From an uncultured Clostridia bacterium (GTDB lineage: Bacteria; Bacillota; Clostridia; Christensenellales; UBA1242): 54,498 bases of DNA. The first letter of the stretch is position 1. Each line of letters begins with the position of its first letter. Below, in pieces: positions 24,620-32,252 of this stretch. A program made the position numbers and the translations under genes. Below the pieces are notes generated by a model, which did no database searches, was not told the DNA's origin, and saw only the letters and a list, made by a program, of their open reading frames with translations. The stretch is taken from assembly GCA_945937975.1 (NCBI GenBank), contig CAMEUD010000001.1, forward strand, positions 1 to 54,498, read 5' to 3'.

Positions 24620-26268
24620 AATATATTAATTTGTTTTAATTTGTTTACAATCCCTACTTGTGTTGAATTTAGACCATATATATGTTCACCAACACTTATT
24701 GCTCCAGAAATGTTTAATATGCCAGGAATAAATTTAGCGGTTATTTCACCTGGGATACATAATTGCATTAAACCTTTTGAATTATGTATCTCTTTCATTA
24801 TTTTCACTCTATCAATATAACAGTTACCTTTTGAATATATCTCTATATCTGTATTATTACATTTAGAGAAATAAAATTCAATTTCTTGGAAATCAGAATT
24901 ATTTAATTCCATTTCTTGAATCTCTTCGCCGATTTTAACATATATCATATAAGGTTCATCAAAATTATTCTTAATATTTAATATTACCTTTATACCATCA
25001 GTTATATCTATATTAGTAAATTTTATATATCCGTCTTTAAACATTCCATAGCATTCTGAACCTTTATATACACATATGATATTCTTATATTCAGAAACAT
25101 TCTCGTCTGCTGTATAATCAATTTCTATATTTTCAATTAATACATGTTCAGTTGGATAATTTATTTCAATATAGTCAATAATTGGTGTATAGTCTTTGAA
25201 ATTATTATTGTTGTTTACACCATCTTTTACACACATCGCCAACAGATATATACAATAGATGTTGTTATTATCTTCTTTAAATATTACATTTTTTTTAATT
25301 AAATCATCTGTTATACAATATTCTCTATTTCTATACACATAATTATCATTCCAAGCCAAAAAATTATATGAACAGACATCATCTACCATATGTGGAAAAC
25401 ACGTTACTTCAACATGATAATTTTCCAATACATCAACATAATCATTTTCAAAAATTAATTTATGAGTTTCACCTTTATATTTAACTTCATAATATGAATG
25501 TTTGTTTTTTGGATCTATTTTAATGCGATATTTTTTTCGTTCTCTATAAACCGCAACAACAGTAGTATCCTCATATATTTTAAATTCATATCTTCTATCT
25601 GTATTTAATTCAACATTCTCATATGTCAATCCTCGACATTCATCATCAAATGCTAATGTGTTGTTGAACCAACCAACAAATATATGAGTTTCTGTATCAC
25701 CAGCCTCCAATACTACAGTGTCACCGATGTAATATTTACCATATTCACCTTTGATATTTACATCAACATCATTCATTTCTAAATCTTCACCATATAATTC
25801 CAAATTAACTATATATCTTTCTGAACCGAAATTATAGTCATTATTAAATTGAAACATATCTTCTTGTAAAGATTTTATATCATCTGGATAAGAAAATGTC
25901 CCATACGAACATCCAAATACACCACTTAATTCTAATGTTAATCCATCAATATCTCTTAAATCAGCTTCATCTTGTAACGCATTATCACCTATATAAAAGT
26001 CAAAACAAACATCTTGACCTCTCATTATGTTTTTGATACATGGTACATATATAGAATAACCATCATTACAGATATTTGTGGAATTACCACAACTACCCAT
26101 CATAACGACATTTCTGGTATAGGATAAACCATTTGCCATTACGGTTTGTGATGAAAAATTACCATTATTATAATTATATGAACCATTGCCATAACCATAG
26201 CCCATATTAATATTGCCATAACCAATATTGCCATAGCCCATATTATTAAAATAACCAGTATTCGCCAT
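24616..26268 (-). CDS. Structural-type protein of unknown function with G/Y/N-rich N-terminus (550 aa)
   Basis: The N-terminus MANTGYFNNMGYGNIGYGNINMGYGYGNGSYNYNNGNF is low complexity. Two segments end in F(V/L)(G/A)W (HIFVGWFNN, YNFLAWNDN), loosely like bacterial B-repeat (Flg_new-type) domains. TTTTTCATAAATA lies upstream. Confidence 0.45.
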   Translation of the reverse strand: MANTGYFNNMGYGNIGYGNINMGYGYGNGSYNYNNGNFSSQTVMANGLSYTRNVVMMGSCGNSTNICNDGYSIYVPCIKNIMRGQDVCFDFYIGDNALQDEADLRDIDGLTLELSGVFGCSYGTFSYPDDIKSLQEDMFQFNNDYNFGSERYIVNLELYGEDLEMNDVDVNIKGEYGKYYIGDTVVLEAGDTETHIFVGWFNNTLAFDDECRGLTYENVELNTDRRYEFKIYEDTTVVAVYRERKKYRIKIDPKNKHSYYEVKYKGETHKLIFENDYVDVLENYHVEVTCFPHMVDDVCSYNFLAWNDNYVYRNREYCITDDLIKKNVIFKEDNNNIYCIYLLAMCVKDGVNNNNNFKDYTPIIDYIEINYPTEHVLIENIEIDYTADENVSEYKNIICVYKGSECYGMFKDGYIKFTNIDITDGIKVILNIKNNFDEPYMIYVKIGEEIQEMELNNSDFQEIEFYFSKCNNTDIEIYSKGNCYIDRVKIMKEIHNSKGLMQLCIPGEITAKFIPGILNISGAISVGEHIYGLNSTQVGIVNKLKQINIL

Positions 26269-26288
26269 TTGTTTATAGTTGTTTTATA

Positions 26289-26296
26289 TATTTATG
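26289..26296 (-). promoter_or_regulatory. Class-B promoter-like motif (minus strand TTTTTCATAAATATATAA)
   Basis: It directly follows the minus-strand terminator T-run and lies 21 nt upstream of start 26268. Confidence 0.5.
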
Positions 26297-26320
26297 AAAA
26301 AAGGAGAATTACCTTCTCCT
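26297..26320 (-). terminator. Rho-independent terminator (minus strand)
   Basis: AGGAGAA/TTCTCCT stem (26302-26320). On the minus strand it is followed by T6 and then CATAAATA. Confidence 0.7.
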
Positions 26321-26326
26321 TTTTTA

Positions 26327-27484
26327 TTATTTAAGTTTCTTAAAATGATTTACTTTCAGAAATTCTTTTATATTTTCCAATTCAAATAATTGGTCTGGAC
26401 CGATATTATAATGAAGAATATCATCTCTCATTTTATTATCCATATCTTTAACCAGATTATATCCTCTGAAATAAGTTGTCATCGGTTCACCAGATCTTAT
26501 TTCACAATCTTTATTTCTTCTTCTTGGTCTAACAATCGTTTTGAAAGCGGTGTAATCAGTCATATTTGGTGCTTGTTTCTTAACCCACTCAAACAAATCA
26601 CAGAAATCCATTTCATACATCAAATAAGAAATACAAGTTTTCAAAGAGATATTAAACAACACATTATCCTTTACTTTTTTCACTTTATTTAATGAATTCC
26701 AAACCGCAAGTCCTTCATCATAAGTTGAACTACTCTGTAATCCATAAGCAAATAACCATAAACCTGTTTCTTTTCCATAAAATCTTCTACCAACATGACC
26801 AGAAATTTCATGGGCAATTAAACCTTGAATATCTTCTTCAGAAAATCTTGATGTTTTATTTATATTTACATCACCCATTTTTACATTCATTCTAGGTAAC
26901 ATACCTGATTTAATGTGAACATCAAAATCAAATCCTAAATCATCAAGAGCATCTTCAATATCATCCTTACATTGTTCAGAATCAATGACTCTATCATTTT
27001 TAAAATCAGGTTTATGATAAGGATTTTTTTTCAAACAATCTAATGCATCTTGATAAAGTTTTTTATCAACTGGATTTTCCGTAACTTTATATTCTCCCTT
27101 TTCCAATTTATCTCTAATTTCAAGAGAATGTATCATAGATTCAATTTTATCAATATAAAATTTAACAATATAACAATCATTTTTTATATCTTCAAATTTA
27201 CCCATTAAAGCTTTAAATTTATCTATCATAGATAAATCAACTTCTGAATTTTCAATTTCAAGTTGTGGATAATATTTCTGACCATTTTCTCTGGCCTTCA
27301 TAAATTTATCAAATTCATCACGAATATTAACACATGTTTGAGCAACATATTTAGTCCTAAACTTTTCTATAAGTTTATGATATTCCTCATCCAGTTTCAA
27401 TAATGTGGATTTAGTTTCATTCGTCATTTTAAAGACACTTTGAGACTCAAATAAAAAATCTGTGAAATTAAGTATCATTATCAA
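26327..27484 (-). CDS. DUF1704-type zinc metalloprotease-like protein (HExxH plus EGLA motif)
   Basis: LIAHEISGHVGRRFYG is an HExxH motif. It is followed by STYDEGLAVWNS, which matches the (Q)EGLA signature I recall for DUF1704. The gene has its own class-B motif and terminator. Confidence 0.55.
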   Translation of the reverse strand: MIMILNFTDFLFESQSVFKMTNETKSTLLKLDEEYHKLIEKFRTKYVAQTCVNIRDEFDKFMKARENGQKYYPQLEIENSEVDLSMIDKFKALMGKFEDIKNDCYIVKFYIDKIESMIHSLEIRDKLEKGEYKVTENPVDKKLYQDALDCLKKNPYHKPDFKNDRVIDSEQCKDDIEDALDDLGFDFDVHIKSGMLPRMNVKMGDVNINKTSRFSEEDIQGLIAHEISGHVGRRFYGKETGLWLFAYGLQSSSTYDEGLAVWNSLNKVKKVKDNVLFNISLKTCISYLMYEMDFCDLFEWVKKQAPNMTDYTAFKTIVRPRRRNKDCEIRSGEPMTTYFRGYNLVKDMDNKMRDDILHYNIGPDQLFELENIKEFLKVNHFKKLK

Positions 27485-27496
27485 AAATATTTATTA

Positions 27497-27504
27497 TATT
27501 TATG
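27497..27504 (-). promoter_or_regulatory. Class-B promoter-like motif (minus strand TTTTTTCATAAATATAAT)
   Basis: It directly follows the minus-strand terminator T-run and lies 13 nt upstream of start 27484. Confidence 0.45.
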
Positions 27505-27527
27505 AAAAAAGGAGATTATTTATCTCC
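27505..27527 (-). terminator. Rho-independent terminator (minus strand)
   Basis: GGAGAT/ATCTCC stem (27511-27527). On the minus strand it is followed by T6 and then CATAAATA. Confidence 0.65.
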
Positions 27528-27533
27528 TTATTT

Positions 27534-28205
27534 TTAAATATCTAATGTAATTACTTTATTTACAGGTTCATATTGTTCATCACAAACACTTGCGTTTATA
27601 TAAGTAGTTTCACCCTTTTTTTCAACCTTTCCACCATCACCATGAATATGACCAAAACAATGATATTTAGGTGGATTTTCCATTTCTGTTAATACATTTA
27701 ATAATTCTGTACTACCTAAAGGTTCTTCACCAGTTCTTCCTTTTTTTTCCAAGTGAGATTTATCTAATATATCATATGGTGGACAATGAGTAATTAGAAT
27801 ATCCACACCTTCTGGTATATTCTTATAAATTTTTGTTAATTTTTCAGAATCAGAAACATTAAACGCCCATCCATAAAAATAAGGTTGATAAGGTGTTCCA
27901 TATATACTTATACCATCAACTGTGATTAATTCATCTTTAATATATCTTACACCATTATCATAATATAAATCAAATATGGGTTTTATATATTTTTCTGGTA
28001 ACATTTCACAAGTTCTATCATGATTACCAGCTACAAAAACTTTATAAGTATAATTTTGTTCTTTAAACCATTCAATAAATTTAAATAATTCAAAAATACT
28101 AAATCCAGAAGACATACAATCTCCTGAAAATACTAATATATCACCACCACATAAATTTAAAGTATTTTCTTTAGTATGTGTATCACTAATAAATGTAACT
28201 TTCAT
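27534..28205 (-). CDS. Calcineurin-like metallophosphoesterase
   Basis: The ordered motifs are ISDTHT, FSGDCMS, AGNHD, ITHCPP and FGHIHGDG. A class-A motif lies on the minus strand at 28219-28231. Confidence 0.8.
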   Translation of the reverse strand: MKVTFISDTHTKENTLNLCGGDILVFSGDCMSSGFSIFELFKFIEWFKEQNYTYKVFVAGNHDRTCEMLPEKYIKPIFDLYYDNGVRYIKDELITVDGISIYGTPYQPYFYGWAFNVSDSEKLTKIYKNIPEGVDILITHCPPYDILDKSHLEKKGRTGEEPLGSTELLNVLTEMENPPKYHCFGHIHGDGGKVEKKGETTYINASVCDEQYEPVNKVITLDI

Positions 28206-28218
28206 ATTTTTTTTATTT

Positions 28219-28231
28219 TAAAAATAACAAA
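28219..28231 (-). promoter_or_regulatory. Class-A promoter-like motif (minus strand TTTGTTATTTTTA)
   Basis: The plus-strand TAAAAATAACAAA is the reverse complement of the motif. It lies 13 nt upstream of the phosphoesterase start (28205). Confidence 0.5.
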
Positions 28232-28278
28232 AATGATTTTTCCTAACATATTATATAATATAACAGTTGTCTCAATTT

Positions 28279-28290
28279 TTTGTTATTTTT
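28279..28290 (+). promoter_or_regulatory. Class-A promoter-like motif TTTGTTATTTTT
   Basis: It abuts ATGATGATG (28291-28299). The hexamer TATTTT ends 7 nt before the third ATG. Confidence 0.5.
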
Positions 28291-29562
28291 ATGATGATGA
28301 AAACTTGTAATTACATAGAATTATTTGCTGGTGTGGGTGGATTCCACATCGGTTTAGATAATGCGAATAAGGATTTTTTTAAATGTGTTCTTGCAAATCA
28401 ATGGGAACCAAGTGTAAAAGACCAATTTGCAGCTAATATATATAAACAGAGATTCCCTGATGATTATCTTATTAATGATGATATCTGTAATGTGAAAGGT
28501 GATGATTGGGTTTGTGATATGATGGTTTTTGGTAATTGTTGTCAAGATTATTCTGTCGTAAGATCAAACACGTCATCTAAAGGTATTGAAGGTAAAAAAG
28601 GTGTTTTGTGGTGGGAAATCATACGTTTGATTAAAGAAATGAAAGTCAAACCTAAATATCTGTTACAAGAAAATGTTGATAGGATGTTAATTTCACCATC
28701 GACACAAAGAGGTAGGGATTTTGCTCTTATATTAAAATCTCTTGATGATTTGGGTTATGATGTTGAATGGAGAATTATCAACGCTGCAGAATATGGTTTT
28801 CCACAAAAACGAAAAAGAAGTTTTTTATTTGCTTGGCAAAGAAACTTATTTGATGTGAAAGATTTAAAAGAATGGGTTTTTAAAGATGGAATATTTGCAA
28901 CATCATTCCCAATTAAACAAGATTATGAAATGTCATTGATTAATGAATACCAGCTAATGGTTCCTGAAGATTGGGATTTAGTGGAAATCAGTGATAAATT
29001 TAATAAAGGTAATAAGAAATATAAAACACATAAGGCATTTGAAAATGCTGGTTGTTTAATTAATGGGAAAATTTATACTGTCAAAGTAACTGCGGATTAT
29101 AATGGTCCATATACTAATTTAGGAGATATTCTTGCAACTGGTGATGATAGAAATCTAATAACTGAAGATTTCTATATAAATGAAGCTGATATAGAGAAAT
29201 GGTCATATGTGAAAGGGCACAAGAAAATTGAACGGGTTAAAAAAGATGGTTTCAGATATATCTATAATGAAGGTTCTATGGCTTTTCCAGATTATCTTGA
29301 CAGACCAGCGAGAACACTTATAACAAGTGAAGGTAACACAACACCCAATAGGTTTACACATGTGATTAAAGACCCAATAAATGGAAGATACAGACGCTTA
29401 ATACCTTTGGAGTTGGAACGGATACAAATGTTCCCAGACAATCACACAGAAGGAACAACAGACAAAAAAAGAGCATTCTTGATGGGAAATGCGTTGGTTA
29501 CGGGAATAGTTACAAAAATCGGTGAAGAACTATATAAAAGACTTAAAGATGAAACAAACTAA
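28291..29562 (+). CDS. DNA (cytosine-5) methyltransferase, complete (motifs I-X in normal order)
   Basis: Motifs are I IELFAGVGGF, IV FGNCCQDYS (CCQ instead of PCQ), VI LLQENVDRM, VIII FPQKRKRSF, a TRD containing PARTLITSEG, IX RRLIPLELERIQMFPD and X MGNALVTGIV. The track start 28267 (TTG) was replaced by the ATGATGATG cluster at 28291-28299, which directly follows a class-A motif. The third ATG (28297) is also possible. Confidence 0.85.
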   Translation: MMMKTCNYIELFAGVGGFHIGLDNANKDFFKCVLANQWEPSVKDQFAANIYKQRFPDDYLINDDICNVKGDDWVCDMMVFGNCCQDYSVVRSNTSSKGIEGKKGVLWWEIIRLIKEMKVKPKYLLQENVDRMLISPSTQRGRDFALILKSLDDLGYDVEWRIINAAEYGFPQKRKRSFLFAWQRNLFDVKDLKEWVFKDGIFATSFPIKQDYEMSLINEYQLMVPEDWDLVEISDKFNKGNKKYKTHKAFENAGCLINGKIYTVKVTADYNGPYTNLGDILATGDDRNLITEDFYINEADIEKWSYVKGHKKIERVKKDGFRYIYNEGSMAFPDYLDRPARTLITSEGNTTPNRFTHVIKDPINGRYRRLIPLELERIQMFPDNHTEGTTDKKRAFLMGNALVTGIVTKIGEELYKRLKDETN

Positions 29563-30082
29563 ATTATCAGATATTATAGAAAAAAATGTTGATGATAAAT
29601 TATATTTGAAGAAAAAAGATTTTGAAAAAAGAAAATATCTTAAAATCTCATTATATAGAAATTGTACAATAAATGGAGATATTGTAACCATTGAAAAAGA
29701 TGATATCAAACCACCACAGATTTTAAAGATAAAAAGAACAGAAGAAGAAAAAAGAAGAAGACGCCAATTCGGAGAAAAAGGACTCAAATTTGGTTCTGGT
29801 AAATTTTTAGATGTCACTAATGATGGATATTCAAATACATTAACGACATTTTCATCTGATAATTATGTTTGGGACAGAAATAATCAAGTAAGAGAATTAA
29901 CTAATTATGAAGCATTCAGATTAATGGATGTTGATGAAGCAGATACATTAAAGTTATTGGAAACAATTCCTAAATCACAATGTAAAAAATTAGCTGGTAA
30001 TTCAATATGTGTGAATGTATTGACGGAATTATTTAGAGAAATGTTTAATAGAAAAGAAAATCCAGAAAAATCATTATTTTAA
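29549..30082 (+). CDS. C5-MTase C-terminal half only (variable region, TRD, motifs IX and X)
   Basis: It starts MKQTKLSDIIEKNVDDKLYLKKK, the segment that normally follows motif VIII. It then has a TRD-like YSNTLTTFSSDN, motif IX RELTNYEAFRLMDV and motif X LAGNSICVNVL. It has no motifs I-VIII. The ATG at 29549 overlaps the upstream MTase stop by 14 nt (the track used GTG 29522). Confidence 0.7.
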   Translation: MKQTKLSDIIEKNVDDKLYLKKKDFEKRKYLKISLYRNCTINGDIVTIEKDDIKPPQILKIKRTEEEKRRRRQFGEKGLKFGSGKFLDVTNDGYSNTLTTFSSDNYVWDRNNQVRELTNYEAFRLMDVDEADTLKLLETIPKSQCKKLAGNSICVNVLTELFREMFNRKENPEKSLF

Positions 30083-30083
30083 T

Positions 30084-30542
30084 ATGAAACAATTAATCGT
30101 AATAGCAGAAAAAGAAGAACTTAAACTTGTCGAACAGTTGGAATTAAAGAATATTCCTGTTTTAATTACTGGTGTTGGTGCTTTAAATGTTATACAAGCA
30201 CTTAACGAACTCCCTAAAGACATCGAGATAATCAATGTTGGTTATGCTGGTAGTAAAAATTTGACACCTGATTTCTATGAAGTTGGAGTTGTGACATTGA
30301 ATCATCCTAATGTTGAATATCCAGAACCTAGATATTTTTGTAAGAGAACAGGGAGATATGCGTCAAAAACATGTTACACTGGTTGTGATTTTGTATTAGA
30401 TACTGAACTTGATGATTGTCTGTTTGATATGGAACTCGCATATATAAAGTCTTTGGGGTTTAAGAATGTTATTTCATACAAATATGTAAGTGATAATCTT
30501 GATTTACAAGAATATAGAAATAAAATTAATGAATCAGAATAA
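30084..30542 (+). CDS. Miniature PNP_UDP_1-family nucleosidase, MTA/SAH nucleosidase (MtnN/Pfs)-like
   Basis: 152 aa. By eye it aligns with E. coli MtnN as follows: MKQLIVIAEKEELKLV with MKIGIIGAMEEEVTLL; PVLITGVGALNVIQAL..IEIINVGYAGS with ALLKSGIGKVAAA..DVIINTGSAGG; CYTGCDFV with IVSGDAF; LFDMELAYI..YKYVSDNLD with AVEMEATAI..VRAISDVAD. Confidence 0.6.
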   Translation: MKQLIVIAEKEELKLVEQLELKNIPVLITGVGALNVIQALNELPKDIEIINVGYAGSKNLTPDFYEVGVVTLNHPNVEYPEPRYFCKRTGRYASKTCYTGCDFVLDTELDDCLFDMELAYIKSLGFKNVISYKYVSDNLDLQEYRNKINESE

Positions 30543-30582
30543 TGTTAAAGTTGGACTACATCAACAAGACATAATAATATAT

Positions 30583-30595
30583 TTTGTTATATTTA
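30583..30595 (+). promoter_or_regulatory. Class-A promoter-like motif TTTGTTATATTTA
   Basis: TATATT (30588-30593) ends exactly 6 nt before ATG 30600. Confidence 0.55.
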
Positions 30596-30599
30596 AGAT

Positions 30600-30797
30600 A
30601 TGGGTAGTGATATTAATGTAAATAAACGACTACAAGAAACATTCAAAAAACTATACTGTAGTGATAAACACGAAGGTTGTTATATACTTGATTGTTATAA
30701 TAATACAATATATGATAATATATCACCTACTATTACTACAAGATATAATGCGTCATGTAATATGTTTTTAGTAGAAATTTCTGAAAATGAAGAGTGA
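30600..30797 (+). CDS. TRD-only C5-MTase module (65 aa)
   Basis: It is a paralogue of the first half of ORF 30787 (MGSDINVNKRLQETFKK..ILDCYNNTIYDNISPTITTRYNASCNMFLVE against MKSDINKNTRLQRTFNK..ILDCYGCSISKKIHPTIMSTYANANNHFLVR), but it stops before motif IX. A class-A motif ends 6 nt before its ATG. Confidence 0.55.
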   Translation: MGSDINVNKRLQETFKKLYCSDKHEGCYILDCYNNTIYDNISPTITTRYNASCNMFLVEISENEE

Positions 30798-31194
30798 TAT
30801 TAATAAAAATACAAGATTACAAAGAACATTTAATAAATATTTCAAATTAAATGATACTGATTTGTGCATATTAGATTGTTATGGATGTTCAATAAGTAAA
30901 AAAATACATCCCACGATTATGTCTACATATGCAAATGCAAATAATCATTTTTTAGTAAGACAAATAAATAATAAAATGGCAAAATATTATAAAATCCGAA
31001 AATTCACACCAAAGGAATGTTTTAGATTGATGGGTGTTGAAGATGCAGATATTGATAAGTTACTTAATTCAGATTTATCTGATACACAACTTTATAAAAT
31101 GGCAGGTAACTCTATTGTTACAAATTGTATGACACATATGTTCGATAATTTGTTCATTAATAGACCTAAAAAGAAAGATATTGAATTATGGTAG
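30787..31194 (+). CDS. C5-MTase C-terminal half only (TRD, motifs IX and X)
   Basis: It has the TRD IHPTIMSTYANANNHFLV, motif IX IRKFTPKECFRLMGV and motif X MAGNSIVTNCM. It has no motifs I-VIII. It overlaps ORF 30600 by 11 nt and sits immediately upstream of the catalytic half. Confidence 0.7.
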   Translation: MKSDINKNTRLQRTFNKYFKLNDTDLCILDCYGCSISKKIHPTIMSTYANANNHFLVRQINNKMAKYYKIRKFTPKECFRLMGVEDADIDKLLNSDLSDTQLYKMAGNSIVTNCMTHMFDNLFINRPKKKDIELW

Positions 31195-31225
31195 AATAAA
31201 TGTTAAAGATAATGATATTTTAAAT

Positions 31226-31963
31226 ATGATAAATAAGTATACAAAAGAAAATCCTTTGAAAGTGTTTACAGCATTTTCTGGTTATGATAGTCAATGTTTG
31301 GCATTAAATAGACTTGGTATTGATTATGAATTAGTTGGTTGGAGTGAAATTGATGAGTATGCCATTAAAGCACATAATGTTCTTTTCCCACAATGGAGTG
31401 ACCGAAATTATGGAGACATTAGTGAGATTGATTGGAACCAAGTACCTGATTTTGACCTATTTACCTACTCCAGTCCTTGTACTGATTTTTCACAGGCGGG
31501 ATTACAATTAGGTGGTACTGAAGGTTCAGGAACCCGTTCATCACTATTATGGGAATGTAGAAAAACAATCATTACTAAAAGACCAAAATATCTGTTATTT
31601 GAAAATGTAAAGGCATTAGTATCTTATAAGTTCAAACATTTATTTGAAAAATGGTGTAAAGAACTTGAGTCTTATGGATATGCAAATTTTTATCAAGTTT
31701 TGAATTCTAAAGATTATGGGATACCACAATCAAGAGAAAGAATTTTTCTAATCTCAATTTTAAAAACAGAAGATGAACCAGACCCATATTATGAATTTCC
31801 TAAACCCATTGAATTGGATAAATGTGTTGAAGATGTTTTAGAAGATAATGTAGATGAAAAATATTATATGAGTCAAGATGCCGTAGATAAATATATTAAA
31901 CATTTACAAGAAGATTATCCTAAAGAAGATTGGGTAGTGGAAGATACAGTTAGTTTATGGTAA
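31226..31963 (+). CDS. C5-MTase N-terminal catalytic half only (motifs I-VIII)
   Basis: Motifs are I LKVFTAFSGYDSQ, IV YSSPCTDFSQAG, VI LFENVKAL and VIII IPQSRERIF. It ends after CVEDVLEDNVDEKYYMSQDAV.. with no TRD and no motifs IX or X. The shared part is highly similar to the full-length ORF 48045. I prefer ATG 31226 to the TTG at 31181 by analogy with ORF 48045. Confidence 0.7.
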   Translation: MINKYTKENPLKVFTAFSGYDSQCLALNRLGIDYELVGWSEIDEYAIKAHNVLFPQWSDRNYGDISEIDWNQVPDFDLFTYSSPCTDFSQAGLQLGGTEGSGTRSSLLWECRKTIITKRPKYLLFENVKALVSYKFKHLFEKWCKELESYGYANFYQVLNSKDYGIPQSRERIFLISILKTEDEPDPYYEFPKPIELDKCVEDVLEDNVDEKYYMSQDAVDKYIKHLQEDYPKEDWVVEDTVSLW

Positions 31964-31967
31964 AAAA

Positions 31968-31992
31968 GGAGAGGATTAATTCTCTCCTTTTA
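31968..31992 (+). terminator. Rho-independent terminator ending the split-MTase unit
   Basis: The hairpin GGAGAGGATTAATTCTCTCC is nearly identical to the one at 21356 and is followed by TTTTATTTTTT. Confidence 0.8.
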
Positions 31993-32058
31993 TTTTTTAA
32001 ATAAATTTCTATAAATAAATTACAATATCTTGATCATATATACATCTATTTTTATATT

Positions 32059-32071
32059 TTTGTTATATTTA
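32059..32071 (+). promoter_or_regulatory. Class-A promoter-like motif TTTGTTATATTTA
   Basis: TATATT (32064-32069) ends exactly 6 nt before ATG 32076 of the TRD-like mini-ORF. Confidence 0.55.
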
Positions 32072-32075
32072 TAAT

Positions 32076-32252
32076 ATGAAAAAAAAAGCAATAAATACAA
32101 CAAAAGATGGTCTTTGCAGAACTATAGTAAGTTGGTATGCGAAAGGTGGTCGTACGAATTTTACGAATTGGAAAGGAAATGGACATTTTGCAATGACCGC
32201 AGTTTTGGAAGAATATGAAGACACAGAAAGCAAAAAAGAAAATAATATGTGA
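32076..32252 (+). CDS. TRD-like mini-ORF (58 aa; below the track cutoff)
   Basis: My own translation is MKKKAINTTKDGLCRTIVSWYAKGGRTNFTNWKGNGHFAMTAVLEEYEDTESKKENNM. CRTIVSWYAKGG resembles the T-(L/I)..y.kG element of C5-MTase TRDs. The tail VLEEYED resembles FLVEISENEE of ORF 30600. A class-A motif ends 6 nt before the ATG. Confidence 0.4.
   Translation: MKKKAINTTKDGLCRTIVSWYAKGGRTNFTNWKGNGHFAMTAVLEEYEDTESKKENNM

Noticed and set aside
31133-31226. The possibility that ORF 30787 and the catalytic half are one circularly permuted MTase made by a +1 frameshift. The catalytic-half frame is open from 31133, about 60 nt before the upstream stop.
   Set aside because: I saw no slippery or homopolymer sequence in the overlap, and a conventional ATG (31226) gives a normal N-terminus. 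I keep it as an alternative to test rather than a call.
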